Shown: positions 48,804-58,719 of the stretch, piece by piece
Layout: every line of letters begins with the position of its first letter
Position numbering within the stretch: the first letter of the stretch is position 1
Source of the DNA: an uncultured Actinomycetes bacterium
GTDB taxonomy: Bacteria > Actinomycetota > UBA4738 > HRBIN12
NCBI GenBank assembly: GCA_963705545.1
Contig: CAVPJX010000001.1
Span: forward strand, 1,443,377 to 1,507,376
DNA length: 64,000 nucleotides
Direction: 5' to 3'
The notes under the pieces: model-generated
What the model was told of the DNA's origin: nothing
The model's database searches: none
What the model saw: the letters and a program-made list of their open reading frames with translations, nothing else
Made by a program: the position numbers and the translations under genes

Positions 48804-48863
48804 TTGACGTACGGTGTATGCTTACGCTGTACGACCCTAGGGCGTACACCGTAAGCTTGTCAA
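48804..48863. promoter_or_regulatory. MMPL promoter with three TetR-type operator boxes
   Basis: Boxes CGTACGGTGTATG (48808), CTTACGCTGTACG (48821) and CGTACACCGTAAG (48843); minus-strand TTGACA (48863-48858), 18 nt, TAGGGT (48839-48834). Confidence 0.75.
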
Positions 48864-48885
48864 CCCCGACCGAGGTGAACGTTCC

Positions 48886-49620
48886 ATGACTACCACGAGC
48901 GCTCGGGGACGACCCGCCCCCAAGTCGCGCGAGCGACTGACCCGCGACCGGATCGTCGAGGCGGCGCTGCACGTGATGGACACCGAGGGCCTGGACGCCC
49001 TGTCGATGCGGCGCGTGGCGCGCGAGGTGGGAGCCGAGGCGATGTCGCTCTACCACCATGTGCGGGACAAGGACGATCTCCTGCAGGGCGTCTGCGACAA
49101 GGTGATGGCTGGCTTCGAGTTCCCGCAGGACGACGGCGACTGGGGCATGCGCTGTCGCGCGGGGGCGCGCGCCTGGCGGCGCCTGCTGCAGGCGCACCCC
49201 GACCTGATGCGGCTGTTCGCCGAGACGCACGGACCGGCTCCCACCTCGGCCGAGTCCCTCCGACCCACCGAGTTCGCCCTGGCGTTGATCCGCGAGGCCG
49301 GACTCTCCGATCGCGACACGGTCCAGGCGTTCCATGCCTTCGGCGGCTACATCCAGGGCTTCGTGATGATGGAGGGCGGCTCGATCAAGGGAGCGGGGCA
49401 CGACGATAACTTCGCCGCGGACGCGCTCGAGGCCGGCATCTCCCCCGAGGCGTTCCCGGTGCTCTCCGCCGTGGGCCACTACTTCGCCGAGTGCGACGCC
49501 GACGAGCAGTTCGAGTTCGGCCTGGACCTGATGATCCGCGGGCTGGAGGCCATGGTCGCCGCACGCCCGGACGACGGATCGCGCGCCGGCACGGACCCCA
49601 CCGGCCCGGACGCCGACTAG
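48886..49620 (+). CDS. TetR/AcrR family regulator with TetR_C domain
   Basis: LTRDRIVEAAL..MDTEGLDALSMRRVAREVG...MSLYHHV..KDDLL, and FEFGLDLMIRGL. Confidence 0.95.
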   Translation: MTTTSARGRPAPKSRERLTRDRIVEAALHVMDTEGLDALSMRRVAREVGAEAMSLYHHVRDKDDLLQGVCDKVMAGFEFPQDDGDWGMRCRAGARAWRRLLQAHPDLMRLFAETHGPAPTSAESLRPTEFALALIREAGLSDRDTVQAFHAFGGYIQGFVMMEGGSIKGAGHDDNFAADALEAGISPEAFPVLSAVGHYFAECDADEQFEFGLDLMIRGLEAMVAARPDDGSRAGTDPTGPDAD

Positions 49621-50795
49621 ATCAGCCGAAGCTCCCTGCCGACGCGGCCGAAGATCTCGAGCGCCTCCGCCAGGTCGTCGGCCGTGTGATCGGCCGTCAC
49701 GATCGTGCGGACCCGAGCCTCCCCCCGGGCGACGGTCGGGAACACGATCGCCGGGCAGAACACTCCCTCCTCGAACAGGCGACGGGCGAACGTTTGGGTG
49801 GCCTCCTCGTCTCGCGTGATCGCGGGGGTGATCGGCGTCTCGGACATCCCGGTGTCGAACCCGAGCTCTCGAAGCCCCGACTTGAACGAGGCTGAGCGCT
49901 CACGCAGACGGACGAGCCGGTCGGGCTCGTCAGCGATCACGTCGAGGGCGGCCAGGCATGCGGCCACGACCGCGGGAGGCGCGGATGTCGAGAACAGGTA
50001 CGGGCGCCCGCGATTCTGCAGCCAGCCGATCAGGTGCGGTGGACCGGCGATGAACCCTCCGAGGACGCCGATCGCCTTCGACAGAGTGCCGACCTGGACG
50101 TCGACACGCCCGTGCAGCCCGAAGTGGTCCACGGTCCCGGCGCCGCCCTCCCCGAGCACACCGGTCGCGTGCGCGTCGTCGAGCATCATGATCGCGCCCC
50201 GCCGCTCGGCGACCTCGACCAGATCCGTCAGCGGCGCGATGTCGCCATCCATCGAGAAGACCCCGTCGGTGATCAGGAGCTGACGACGTCCGGGACCTGC
50301 GCTCTCCGCGAGCAGGACGTCGGCGGCCTCGACGTCCTTGTGTGGGTAGACCCTGATCTCTGCCCGCGAGAGCCGGGCCCCGTCGATGATGGACGCGTGG
50401 TTCAGTCGGTCCGAGACGATCACGTCCTCCTTCGACAGGATCGCCGCGACCGTGCCGGCGTTCGCGGTGAACCCCGACTGGAACATCAGCGCGTCGTCGG
50501 CCCGCTTGAACGCCGCGAAGCGGCGTTCAAGCTCGCGGTGCATCGCCATCGACCCCGCGATCGTGCGGACCGCCCCGGTCCCGGCGCCGTAGCGGAGCGC
50601 CGCGTCCGCCGCCGCGCGGTTCATCCGGGGATGGTTCGCGAGGCCGAGGTAGTTGTTCGAGGCCAGGTTGATGACGTCGCGGCCGTCGAACCGAGCGCGG
50701 GCTCCGGTCGGTCCCTCCAGCGTCCGGGGATGCAGGAGCAATCCGTCGCGCTCCAAGGACGCGAGCTCGTCCTTCAGGTAGTCGAGTGCAGTCAT
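49617..50795 (-). CDS. kbl: Glycine C-acetyltransferase (2-amino-3-ketobutyrate CoA ligase)
   Basis: SNNYLGLANHP, NHASIIDG, DGVFSMDG, DDAH and GTLSKA (PLP Lys) motifs; adjacent to tdh. Confidence 0.88.
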   Translation of the reverse strand: MTALDYLKDELASLERDGLLLHPRTLEGPTGARARFDGRDVINLASNNYLGLANHPRMNRAAADAALRYGAGTGAVRTIAGSMAMHRELERRFAAFKRADDALMFQSGFTANAGTVAAILSKEDVIVSDRLNHASIIDGARLSRAEIRVYPHKDVEAADVLLAESAGPGRRQLLITDGVFSMDGDIAPLTDLVEVAERRGAIMMLDDAHATGVLGEGGAGTVDHFGLHGRVDVQVGTLSKAIGVLGGFIAGPPHLIGWLQNRGRPYLFSTSAPPAVVAACLAALDVIADEPDRLVRLRERSASFKSGLRELGFDTGMSETPITPAITRDEEATQTFARRLFEEGVFCPAIVFPTVARGEARVRTIVTADHTADDLAEALEIFGRVGRELRLI

Positions 50796-50796
50796 G

Positions 50797-51858
50797 TCAC
50801 CCTCCCGGCAGCAGGATCACCTTGCCGGCGTCGCCGGCGGCCGTCGTCGCGAACGCATCCTCGTACGCCGTGAGCGGGAACCGATGCGTGATCACCGGCG
50901 ACACATCCACACGCCCGGTCGAGAGCAGGGTCGTGGTCTGCTGCCAGGTGCGGAACATCTCGCGCCCGGTGATCCCCTGCAGCCGAGCCTCCTTGAAGAT
51001 GACCTGATCGTTCAGGTCGAGCGTGACCGGACCGTCCGGCAGGCCGAGGAGCGACATCCGTCCACCGCGCGCGAGCATCCGCGTGCCCTGATCGATCGCC
51101 ACGGCGTTCCCGCTCATCTCCAGGACGACCTCGGCGCCGACGCCGCCGGTCGCCTCGAGCACGGCCTGCACGGGATCGACCTCGACCGGATCGATCAGGA
51201 GGTCCGCCCCGAGCCCACGCGCCATCTCCCGGCGGTTCGGGTTCGGTTCGATCGCGATCACCTTCCAGGCGCCGAGGGAACGCGCGATCCCGACTGCGAA
51301 CAGTCCGATCGGTCCGCAGCCGAGCACCGCGACGGGGTTCGTCGCGATGTCCTCGCCGCCGCCCGTGCCGAACGCCGCGTGGACCCCGTTGCCGAACGGC
51401 TCCATGATCGACGCGACGTCCGGGTGGATGCCCTCGCCTACCACCCATGCGTTCGCGGAGGGGAGCACGACGAAGTCGGCGAACGCGCCGTCCGTGTCGA
51501 CGCCGAGGATGCGGAGGTGCTCACAGATGTGCGGGCGCCCGCCGCGACACGTGGAGCAGCGCCCGCACGCGATATGCGTCTCCGCCGCGACGAACGCGCC
51601 GGGCTCGAGGTGGTGGACCTCGGTGCCGACCGACTCGACCGTCCCGGCCACCTCGTGCCCGAACGTCATCGGCAGACGGCGGATCCGGTTCGCGGCCCAC
51701 TCGTTCCAGTCGTAGATGTGCAGGTCGGTCCCGCAGAGCGACGCCGCGTGGACCCGGACGAGCACCTCGCCCTCGCCGGGCACGGGGATCGGCATCTCCT
51801 CGAGGCGGGCACCGCGCTCCGCCGCGGTCTTGCGGAGGGCGCGCATCGTCCCGGTCAC
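50797..51858 (-). CDS. tdh: L-threonine 3-dehydrogenase
   Basis: CGTDLHIY.W.EW, GHE, ETHIACGRCSTC...HIC, EPFGNGVH, GCGPIG and GITGREMFRTW motifs. Confidence 0.93.
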   Translation of the reverse strand: MTGTMRALRKTAAERGARLEEMPIPVPGEGEVLVRVHAASLCGTDLHIYDWNEWAANRIRRLPMTFGHEVAGTVESVGTEVHHLEPGAFVAAETHIACGRCSTCRGGRPHICEHLRILGVDTDGAFADFVVLPSANAWVVGEGIHPDVASIMEPFGNGVHAAFGTGGGEDIATNPVAVLGCGPIGLFAVGIARSLGAWKVIAIEPNPNRREMARGLGADLLIDPVEVDPVQAVLEATGGVGAEVVLEMSGNAVAIDQGTRMLARGGRMSLLGLPDGPVTLDLNDQVIFKEARLQGITGREMFRTWQQTTTLLSTGRVDVSPVITHRFPLTAYEDAFATTAAGDAGKVILLPGG

Positions 51859-51938
51859 GGCCGGAGCGTATCGTCCGATACCGGGAACCGCGCGGACGTC
51901 GTCGGCCGTCCCAATCCGATACCGATCGAGGAGGCCTC

Positions 51939-52844
51939 ATGAAGCACCGGTTGCTGGGCTCGGTCCTCGTGCTCGTCCTCGTGCTCGCGGCGGCCGCCTG
52001 CGCCGGTTCCGCGACGGACACCGGAGACGGCGGGACCACCGGCGGGGCGACCGGCGGGGCGACCGGCGGGACCGGGATCACCCACCCGGCCGGCGCGAAC
52101 GAGCTCGTCCTGCGTGTCCACCAGGAAGGCGGCTTCGTCCCGATCGACTACACGATCGCGGCCGTTCCCGGCTTCTCGCTGTTCGGCGACGGCACGGCGA
52201 TCACGTCCGGGCCGCAGATCGAGATCTACCCGGGTCCGGCGCTCCCGAACCTGATCGCCACACCGCTCACGGATGACGGCGTGGAGGCGCTGCTCCAGGC
52301 GGCGATCGACGCCGGGCTCGAGAAGGACGGCGATCACGTCGACCTCGGAAGCGTCGGGATCTCGGACATGCCCACCACGGTCTTCACGCTCGTCGTCGAC
52401 GGGACCGAGCACGTGACCCGCGTGTACGCGCTCGGTGCTCTCGCCGAGCAGCCGGCGGGGATGAGCGACGAGGAATGGGCGATCCGGCAGGCTCTCGAGA
52501 CCTTCGCGGGCCAGGTCGGAGACCTCCGCGCATGGCTCCCCGCCGGTTCGGTGGGCGAGGACGCCCCGTACGTGCCGTCCGCGATGCGGATCTTCGTCGG
52601 GCCGTACACCGCCGATCCCCAGCTCGAGCAGTCGGAGGTCGCGTGGCCGCTCGACACGGACCTCGCGTCGGTCGGTCGGCCGACCGACTTCGACGATCGT
52701 CGGTGCGCGGTGATCGACGGCTCCGACCTGCAGACGCTGTGGCCACTCGCCGAGCAGGCGAACCAACTGACGCCCTGGACGAGCGAGGGCGGCGTCTACG
52801 CGATCGTGTTCCGACCGCTGTTGCCCGACGAGTCTGGCTGCTGA
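51939..52844 (+). CDS. Hypothetical lipoprotein
   Basis: GAGGAGG RBS, signal peptide with AAAAC lipobox, TGGA repeats, EGGFVP and IYPGPALPNL segments. Confidence 0.8.
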   Translation: MKHRLLGSVLVLVLVLAAAACAGSATDTGDGGTTGGATGGATGGTGITHPAGANELVLRVHQEGGFVPIDYTIAAVPGFSLFGDGTAITSGPQIEIYPGPALPNLIATPLTDDGVEALLQAAIDAGLEKDGDHVDLGSVGISDMPTTVFTLVVDGTEHVTRVYALGALAEQPAGMSDEEWAIRQALETFAGQVGDLRAWLPAGSVGEDAPYVPSAMRIFVGPYTADPQLEQSEVAWPLDTDLASVGRPTDFDDRRCAVIDGSDLQTLWPLAEQANQLTPWTSEGGVYAIVFRPLLPDESGC

Positions 52845-52850
52845 GCGTCG

Positions 52851-54056
52851 TCAGCGCCGCCGCGTGGGCTTGCGCAGGCTCGAGCGCCGGCCCCCCTTCG
52901 AACCGCTGAACACGACGCGCGGCGGGGCGACCTTCATGCCCTCCTGTTCGAACTCCTCGTGCAGGTCGAGGCGAGCGGCCATCCGGCTGACGTCGCCCTG
53001 CTGGTCGGGGGTCACGAACGTGATGCTCGTTCCCGTCCTGCCGGCGCGCGCGGTGCGGCCGACGCGATGGACGTATCCCTTGTCCTCGAGCGGCGGGTCG
53101 TAGTTCACGACGAGGGTGATGTCGTCGAGGTCGAGCCCGCGCGCCGCGACGTCGGTGGCGATCAGGACCCCGACGTGCTTCTCCTCGAAGCGCTTGAGCG
53201 CGCGCTCGCGCGCCTGCTGGGTCATGTCGCCGTGCATCGTGACCGTCGGCACGCCCTGGGCGCGGAGCTGTCGAGCCAGTGAGTCCACCGCGCGCTTCGT
53301 GTTCACGAACACGAGCGTCAGCCCCGGTTCGGCCCCGACGAGTTGGACGAGCGTCGTGAGCTTGTCGTGCGTCGCGACGGGGACGAACCGGTGATCGGCC
53401 TCCTCGACCGTCTTCCCCTCGGTCTCGATCTCGTGACGGACCGGGTCGCGCGTGTAGACGTCCGCGATGCGGCCCACGGCGCCGTCGAGCGTCGCCGAGA
53501 AGAACATCGTCTGCCGATCCTTCGGCAGGAGGCGGACGAGGCGATCGACCTGCGGCTGGAACCCCATGTCGAGCATCCGGTCGGCCTCGTCCAGGACGAG
53601 GATCCGGACGCCGTCCAGGCGCACGAGCTTCCGATCGGCGAGGTCCTGCAGGCGACCGGGCGTGGCGATCAGGACGTGCGCGTCGCCGACGCCCTTGGAC
53701 TGCTCGCGGACGTGGGTTCCGCCGTAGACGACCTTGGCCTTCAGGTGCTTGGCGCGCGCGATGTCGTCGAGATCGTCCTTCACCTGCTGGGCGAGCTCGC
53801 GGGTGGGGACGAGGATCAGGGCAGCCGGCCTGTGTTCCTCGTCGGGTCGCAGCTGCTCCACGATCGGGATCGCGAACCCCAGCGTCTTGCCTGACCCGGT
53901 CTTCGACTTCGCCAGGGTGTCCCGGCCCGAGGTCGCGTCCTGGATCACCATCACTTGGATCGGGAACGGTCGCTCGATCCCCCGCGCCGCGAGCGTCCGG
54001 ATCACCGGCTCGGAGACGCCGAGCTCCTGGAAGGACGGTATGGCGGGATCGGACAT
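52851..54056 (-). CDS. DEAD-box RNA helicase
   Basis: Q-motif PFPIQ, TGSGKT, PTRELA, TPGRL, DEAD, SAT, ARGLD and HRVGRTARAG motifs. Confidence 0.95.
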   Translation of the reverse strand: MSDPAIPSFQELGVSEPVIRTLAARGIERPFPIQVMVIQDATSGRDTLAKSKTGSGKTLGFAIPIVEQLRPDEEHRPAALILVPTRELAQQVKDDLDDIARAKHLKAKVVYGGTHVREQSKGVGDAHVLIATPGRLQDLADRKLVRLDGVRILVLDEADRMLDMGFQPQVDRLVRLLPKDRQTMFFSATLDGAVGRIADVYTRDPVRHEIETEGKTVEEADHRFVPVATHDKLTTLVQLVGAEPGLTLVFVNTKRAVDSLARQLRAQGVPTVTMHGDMTQQARERALKRFEEKHVGVLIATDVAARGLDLDDITLVVNYDPPLEDKGYVHRVGRTARAGRTGTSITFVTPDQQGDVSRMAARLDLHEEFEQEGMKVAPPRVVFSGSKGGRRSSLRKPTRRR

Positions 54057-54142
54057 GCGACTCCGAGCGTACACGCCCGGCATGACGTAGGAGGTCCGCG
54101 GGTAGGCTGGATGCGACGTACGCGACGGATCTCGGGGGGACC

Positions 54143-55981
54143 ATGGACGATCGCCTCACGGCCTGGCGAGACCTGGCGAGCCAGCTCGCCGTCGACAGCA
54201 TCCGAGCGACCACGACGGCCGGCTCCGGACATCCGACCTCCTCGATGTCGGCCGCCGATCTCGTCGCCGTGCTCTTCGCCGATCACCTGCGGATGGATCT
54301 CACCGACCCGAAGGGGATCGGGAACGACCGCTTCGTGATGTCGAAGGGGCACGCGGCGCCACTGTTGTACGCGGCCCTCAAGGCGATCGGCGCCATCTCG
54401 GACGACGAGCTCCGTTCCCTCCGGCGGTTCGGATCGCCCATCCAGGGGCACCCCGCGCCCGCCCCCGAGCTCCCCTGGGTGGACGTCGCCACGGGATCGC
54501 TCGGGCAGGGCCTTGCGATCGGGGTCGGGATGGCCTTCGCGCAGCGGCTCGACGGCTCGGCCGGACGGGTGTGGATCCTGCTCGGCGACTCCGAGATGGC
54601 CGAGGGGTCCGTCTGGGAGGCGATGGAGGCCGCGGCGTTCCACGAGGTCCGGGACCTGGTGGCGATCCTGGACCTGAACCGGCTCGGTCAGCGTGGGCCG
54701 ACGATGCACGGGTGGAAGGCGGACGTCTTCCGCGACCGCGCGATCGCCTTCGGGTGGCACGCGCTCGAGATCGACGGCCACGACGTCGCCGCGATCGATG
54801 AGGCGTACCGGGAGGCCGAGGCGACGGATCGCCCCACCTTGGTGATCGCCCGCACCGAGAAGGGGCACGGGGTGTCGTTCCTCGCCGACCAGGAGGGCTG
54901 GCACGGCAAGGCGCTCTCTGCGGAGCAAGCGGAGGCCGCGATCGCCGAGCTCGGTGGGCCCCGGTCGATCACGATCACACCGCCCAAGCCGGAACCGTGG
55001 GTCCCGCTCGGACCCGTCCGGATCGAGGCCGGAACGCCGCCGGTGTACGAGGCGCCGGTCGCCACGCGCAAGGCGTTCGGGGACGCGCTCGCCTGGCTCG
55101 CCGAACATCGTGCCGACGTCGTCGTGCTCGACGGCGAGGTCGGCAACTCCACGTACACCGAGGAGGCGCAGGCCGTCGCGCCGGAGCGCTTCTTCCAGAT
55201 GTACATCGCGGAGCAGGCGATGATCGGGGCGCAGGTCGGCCTCCAGGCATTGGGCAAGACGGCGTGGAGCGCGACGTTCGGCGCCTTCCTGACCCGCGCC
55301 GCGGACATGATCCGGATGGCCGCCGTCTCGCGGGCGGACCTCCGTCTGTGCGGATCGCACGCCGGGGTCTCGATCGGCGAAGACGGCCCGTCGCAGATGG
55401 CCGTCGAGGACCTCGCGTTGATGCGGGCGCTCAACGGCTCGACCGTCCTGTACCCGGGCGACGGGCACGCGACCGTCGCGCTCGTCCACACCATGAGCGA
55501 CCTACCGGGGATCTCCTACCTGCGGACCACCCGCGAGGCGACGCCGATCCTGTACGGCTCGGACGAGCCGTTCCCGGTGGGGGGCAGCAAGACGTTGCGG
55601 TCCGGACCCGAGGACCGCGTCACGCTGATCGGGGCCGGTGTGACGCTCCACGCATGCATCGCGGCGGCCGAGCGCCTAGCCGCCGACGGCGTTGCGGCAC
55701 GCGTGATCGACGCCTATTCGATCAAGCCGATCGACGCCGTCACCGTGCGTCGCGCCGCCGACGAGACCGGCCTGGTCGTCGTCGTCGAGGATCACCGCGT
55801 CGAGGGGGGCCTCGGCGACGCCGTCCTGGACGCGCTCGCCGCCACCGGCCCCCTGAGTGGTCGCGTCATCAAGCTCGGTGTCACGCAGATGCCGGGGTCG
55901 GGCACACCCGAGGAGCTCCGCGCATGGGCCGGCATCGACACGGACGCGATCGTGGAGCGCGTCGGCCGGGCGCTCAGCTGA
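54143..55981 (+). CDS. tkt: Transketolase (short 612-aa form)
   Basis: GSGHPTSSMS, SKGHAAP, TGSLGQG, GDSE..EG..WE.....N (TPP motif), IAEQ and GEDGPSQ motifs. Confidence 0.93.
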   Translation: MDDRLTAWRDLASQLAVDSIRATTTAGSGHPTSSMSAADLVAVLFADHLRMDLTDPKGIGNDRFVMSKGHAAPLLYAALKAIGAISDDELRSLRRFGSPIQGHPAPAPELPWVDVATGSLGQGLAIGVGMAFAQRLDGSAGRVWILLGDSEMAEGSVWEAMEAAAFHEVRDLVAILDLNRLGQRGPTMHGWKADVFRDRAIAFGWHALEIDGHDVAAIDEAYREAEATDRPTLVIARTEKGHGVSFLADQEGWHGKALSAEQAEAAIAELGGPRSITITPPKPEPWVPLGPVRIEAGTPPVYEAPVATRKAFGDALAWLAEHRADVVVLDGEVGNSTYTEEAQAVAPERFFQMYIAEQAMIGAQVGLQALGKTAWSATFGAFLTRAADMIRMAAVSRADLRLCGSHAGVSIGEDGPSQMAVEDLALMRALNGSTVLYPGDGHATVALVHTMSDLPGISYLRTTREATPILYGSDEPFPVGGSKTLRSGPEDRVTLIGAGVTLHACIAAAERLAADGVAARVIDAYSIKPIDAVTVRRAADETGLVVVVEDHRVEGGLGDAVLDALAATGPLSGRVIKLGVTQMPGSGTPEELRAWAGIDTDAIVERVGRALS

Positions 55982-55984
55982 GGT

Positions 55985-58258
55985 TCAGGCGCTCGCCGCC
56001 GGGATCAACGGAACGCCCCCGAGGGCGTACGCGATGATCTCCTCCGGCGGGACGGGGCGGCTGAAGAGGAACCCCTGACCCAGGACGCACCCGTGCTCCA
56101 CCAGGAACCCGAGCTCACCCTCGGTCTCGATCCCCTCCGCGAGCGTGGTCATGCCCAGGCCGCGGCCCAGCTCGATGAACGCCGACACGATGCTCGCGGC
56201 CTGCTCGTCCTTGTCGACCCCTGAGACGAACGACCGATCGATCTTCAGGATCTCGACCGGCACCTCACGCAGGCGGGAGAGCGAGGAGTAGCCCGTGCCG
56301 AAGTCGTCGATCGCGATCTTCAACCCGCCGTGGTGCAGGTCCCACAGGATCTCCTGCGCCCGGTCCGGATCCATCATCGCGGAGGTCTCCGTGATCTCGA
56401 CGACGACCTTCGCGGGCTCGAGGCCGCCGCCGCGGATCCGCTCCAGGATCCGCTGGGCCAGGTCGGGCTGCCAGAACTGCCGGGGTGACAGGTTGAAGCC
56501 CATCTCGAGGTCGATGCCGAGCTCGCGCCAGACCCCGGCCTGGTAGATCAGCTCCTTCACGACCCAGTCCCCGATCGACTCGATCAGGCCCAGCTCCTCG
56601 GCGAGGGGGATGAAGTCTCCAGGCGCCACCATCGAGCCGTCGGGCTCGATCCAGCGGATCAAGGCCTCGACCCCCAGCATCCCGCCGGTCGCGAGCTCCA
56701 CGACGGGCTGGTAGTGCAGGGTCCAGCGCTGAGACTCCACGGCCTTGCGCAACCGGGTGACCAGCTTGAGCCTCGCGCTCGGGTCGACCGTCCCGGGCAC
56801 CGAGATCACGTGGCCACCCGGACCGGCCTTCTTGCTCTCGTACATCGCGGCCTCCGCGTTGCGCACGAGGGCACCGGCGTCGTCGGCGTCATGCGGGTAG
56901 AGGCTGATCCCCATGCTGGCCGACGCGTAGAGCTCCGTGCCGCCGACCTCGAACGCGGTCGAGAGGGCCTCGTGGATCCGCTGCACCACGGATTCGACCC
57001 GGATCATCGCGGCATCCATGTCCCCGGTTCCCTCGCGCTCGAGGTCCGCGAGCAGCAACAGGAACTGATCGCCGCCACGACGCGCCACCAGGTCGGTCTC
57101 CCGCGTCGCTTCGCGCAGGCGGTCGGCGACCTCGCGCAGCACGGCGTCGCCGTTCGCATGCCCGAGGCTATCGTTGACCAACCTGAAGTCGTCCAGGTCG
57201 AGGACGATCACGGCGACGGCCCCGTCATGGCGATTGGCGCGAGCCATCGAGAGCTCGAGCAGCTCCTCGAACATCGAACGGCTCGGGAGCCCGGTCAGCT
57301 CGTCGTGGTATTGCAGGAAGGCCACCGTCTCGTCGCCGCGCTTGCGGTCGCTGACGTCGATCATCACGCCGTGCGAGTAGCGGGCGATCCCCTGCTCGTC
57401 GCGCACGATCGCGGCCTCGTCGTGCACCCATACGATCCGTCCGTCCTTCGCGAAGAGCCGGTAGTCGAGGGTGAACGGCTCCCCGGTCTCGTTGTGTCGC
57501 GAGTTCTCCGCGATCGCGCGCTCGCGGTCATCGGGATGCAGGATCTTGGGCCACAGGTCCGGATCCGCCAGCCACTCCTGCACCGTGTAGCCCAGGACGC
57601 GCTCGACCTGAGGGCTGATGAACAGCGTGGGCGCGGAATCCTGAAGGGCGTCCACGTAGGTGATCGCCGGGATGTTCTCCACGATGGAGCGGTACTGGTG
57701 CGCGGTGAAGCGACGATCCTCCGCATCGCGCTGGCGCTCCACGGCCGCCCCCATCGCCAGCGCCACCGCGCGGAGCGCGTCCACCTCGGGAACCGACCAG
57801 GTCCGGGCATCGTGCGTGTCGTCGAAGCCGAGGAACCCCCACCACTCGTCGCCCACCGTGACGGGCACGGCCAGCACGGCGTGGACGCCCTCGCCACCGA
57901 GGACCCGACGCTCGGGGTCGGGCAGCTCCTCGAGCCCTCCCGCGACGATCCGCCCGGCGCCAAGGAGCTCGATCCACCGAGCGAAGTCGGGAGCGTAGGG
58001 GTGCAGGTGGCTGCCGGGGGTGCGGAAGATCGCTCCGACGCCCTCACCGAGCCACTCGAAGCGCAGGTCCATCCACAGCCGGCCGTCCGGTCCCCGGACG
58101 TTCTGGAAGGCATAGGCGCGATCGGTGCCGAGCGCCAGGCCGAGGCGCGACAGCACCTCGACCATCTGGTCCTGCCAGGCCTCGTCGCGGAGGAAGCGTC
58201 CCGTCGCGAACGCCACCGCTTCGAGGACGGCCTCACCGCGCGCGGCCGGATCCCCCAT
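55985..58258 (-). CDS. GAF-PAS-GGDEF(degenerate)-EAL c-di-GMP phosphodiesterase
   Basis: GAF-like GFLGFD; PAS HPDDRE; HDELTGLP; GGDQF; VEALIRW, DDFGTGYSS, KIDRSF and AEGIE motifs. Confidence 0.92.
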   Translation of the reverse strand: MGDPAARGEAVLEAVAFATGRFLRDEAWQDQMVEVLSRLGLALGTDRAYAFQNVRGPDGRLWMDLRFEWLGEGVGAIFRTPGSHLHPYAPDFARWIELLGAGRIVAGGLEELPDPERRVLGGEGVHAVLAVPVTVGDEWWGFLGFDDTHDARTWSVPEVDALRAVALAMGAAVERQRDAEDRRFTAHQYRSIVENIPAITYVDALQDSAPTLFISPQVERVLGYTVQEWLADPDLWPKILHPDDRERAIAENSRHNETGEPFTLDYRLFAKDGRIVWVHDEAAIVRDEQGIARYSHGVMIDVSDRKRGDETVAFLQYHDELTGLPSRSMFEELLELSMARANRHDGAVAVIVLDLDDFRLVNDSLGHANGDAVLREVADRLREATRETDLVARRGGDQFLLLLADLEREGTGDMDAAMIRVESVVQRIHEALSTAFEVGGTELYASASMGISLYPHDADDAGALVRNAEAAMYESKKAGPGGHVISVPGTVDPSARLKLVTRLRKAVESQRWTLHYQPVVELATGGMLGVEALIRWIEPDGSMVAPGDFIPLAEELGLIESIGDWVVKELIYQAGVWRELGIDLEMGFNLSPRQFWQPDLAQRILERIRGGGLEPAKVVVEITETSAMMDPDRAQEILWDLHHGGLKIAIDDFGTGYSSLSRLREVPVEILKIDRSFVSGVDKDEQAASIVSAFIELGRGLGMTTLAEGIETEGELGFLVEHGCVLGQGFLFSRPVPPEEIIAYALGGVPLIPAASA

Positions 58259-58382
58259 ACCCAGCACCTATCGGCCAGGCCCGCAGCAAGCTGAAGAGGC
58301 AGGGTTGCGTTCCGGCGCGACCCTGGACCTAAGGTTGGGTCGCGACCGCCCGGGGAGCGCCGCCTGCTACCCTTCCTCGGCC

Positions 58383-58664
58383 ATGAGCGACTATCGAGAG
58401 GTGCTGCACGAGCGGCTCTACGTCCGTGTCCCGGGCGGCGACAAGCTCCGCAAGACCGCGGATGCTCGTCTGAAGCACCTGCTCGCGAACGGTTGGCGCG
58501 AGACCGACCGCCAACAGCTCCCCGATCACCTCATGGTCCGGTTCGAGCGCACGGGACACGCTCCGATGAAGGCGCGCCTGCCGAAGGCGGCCCCGGAGAT
58601 CCGCATCGAGCGGCGGCCCCGTCGCGACGGTGGTCCCGGTGGCGGGCCACGCGGCCGTCGATAG
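58383..58664 (+). CDS. Small basic hypothetical protein (93 aa) with an Arg/Gly-rich tail
   Basis: MSDYREVLHERLYVRV...LLANGWRE...RFERTG...RRPRRDGGPGGGPRGRR; TACCCT 9 nt upstream; GC-rich third codon positions. Confidence 0.7.
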   Translation: MSDYREVLHERLYVRVPGGDKLRKTADARLKHLLANGWRETDRQQLPDHLMVRFERTGHAPMKARLPKAAPEIRIERRPRRDGGPGGGPRGRR

Positions 58665-58719
58665 TCCTCCCAGCCGGATATCCTCCGGTCACGTCTCTGG
58701 ATGCCGGATGGATCGCGGG

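Noticed and set aside
49617-50795. bioF (8-amino-7-oxononanoate synthase) assignment
   Set aside because: Same fold, but direct coupling to tdh and the absence of bio genes favour kbl.
52030-52075. 12-bp tandem repeat ACCGGCGGGGCG
   Set aside because: It encodes a TGGA low-complexity linker after the lipobox, which is common in lipoproteins.
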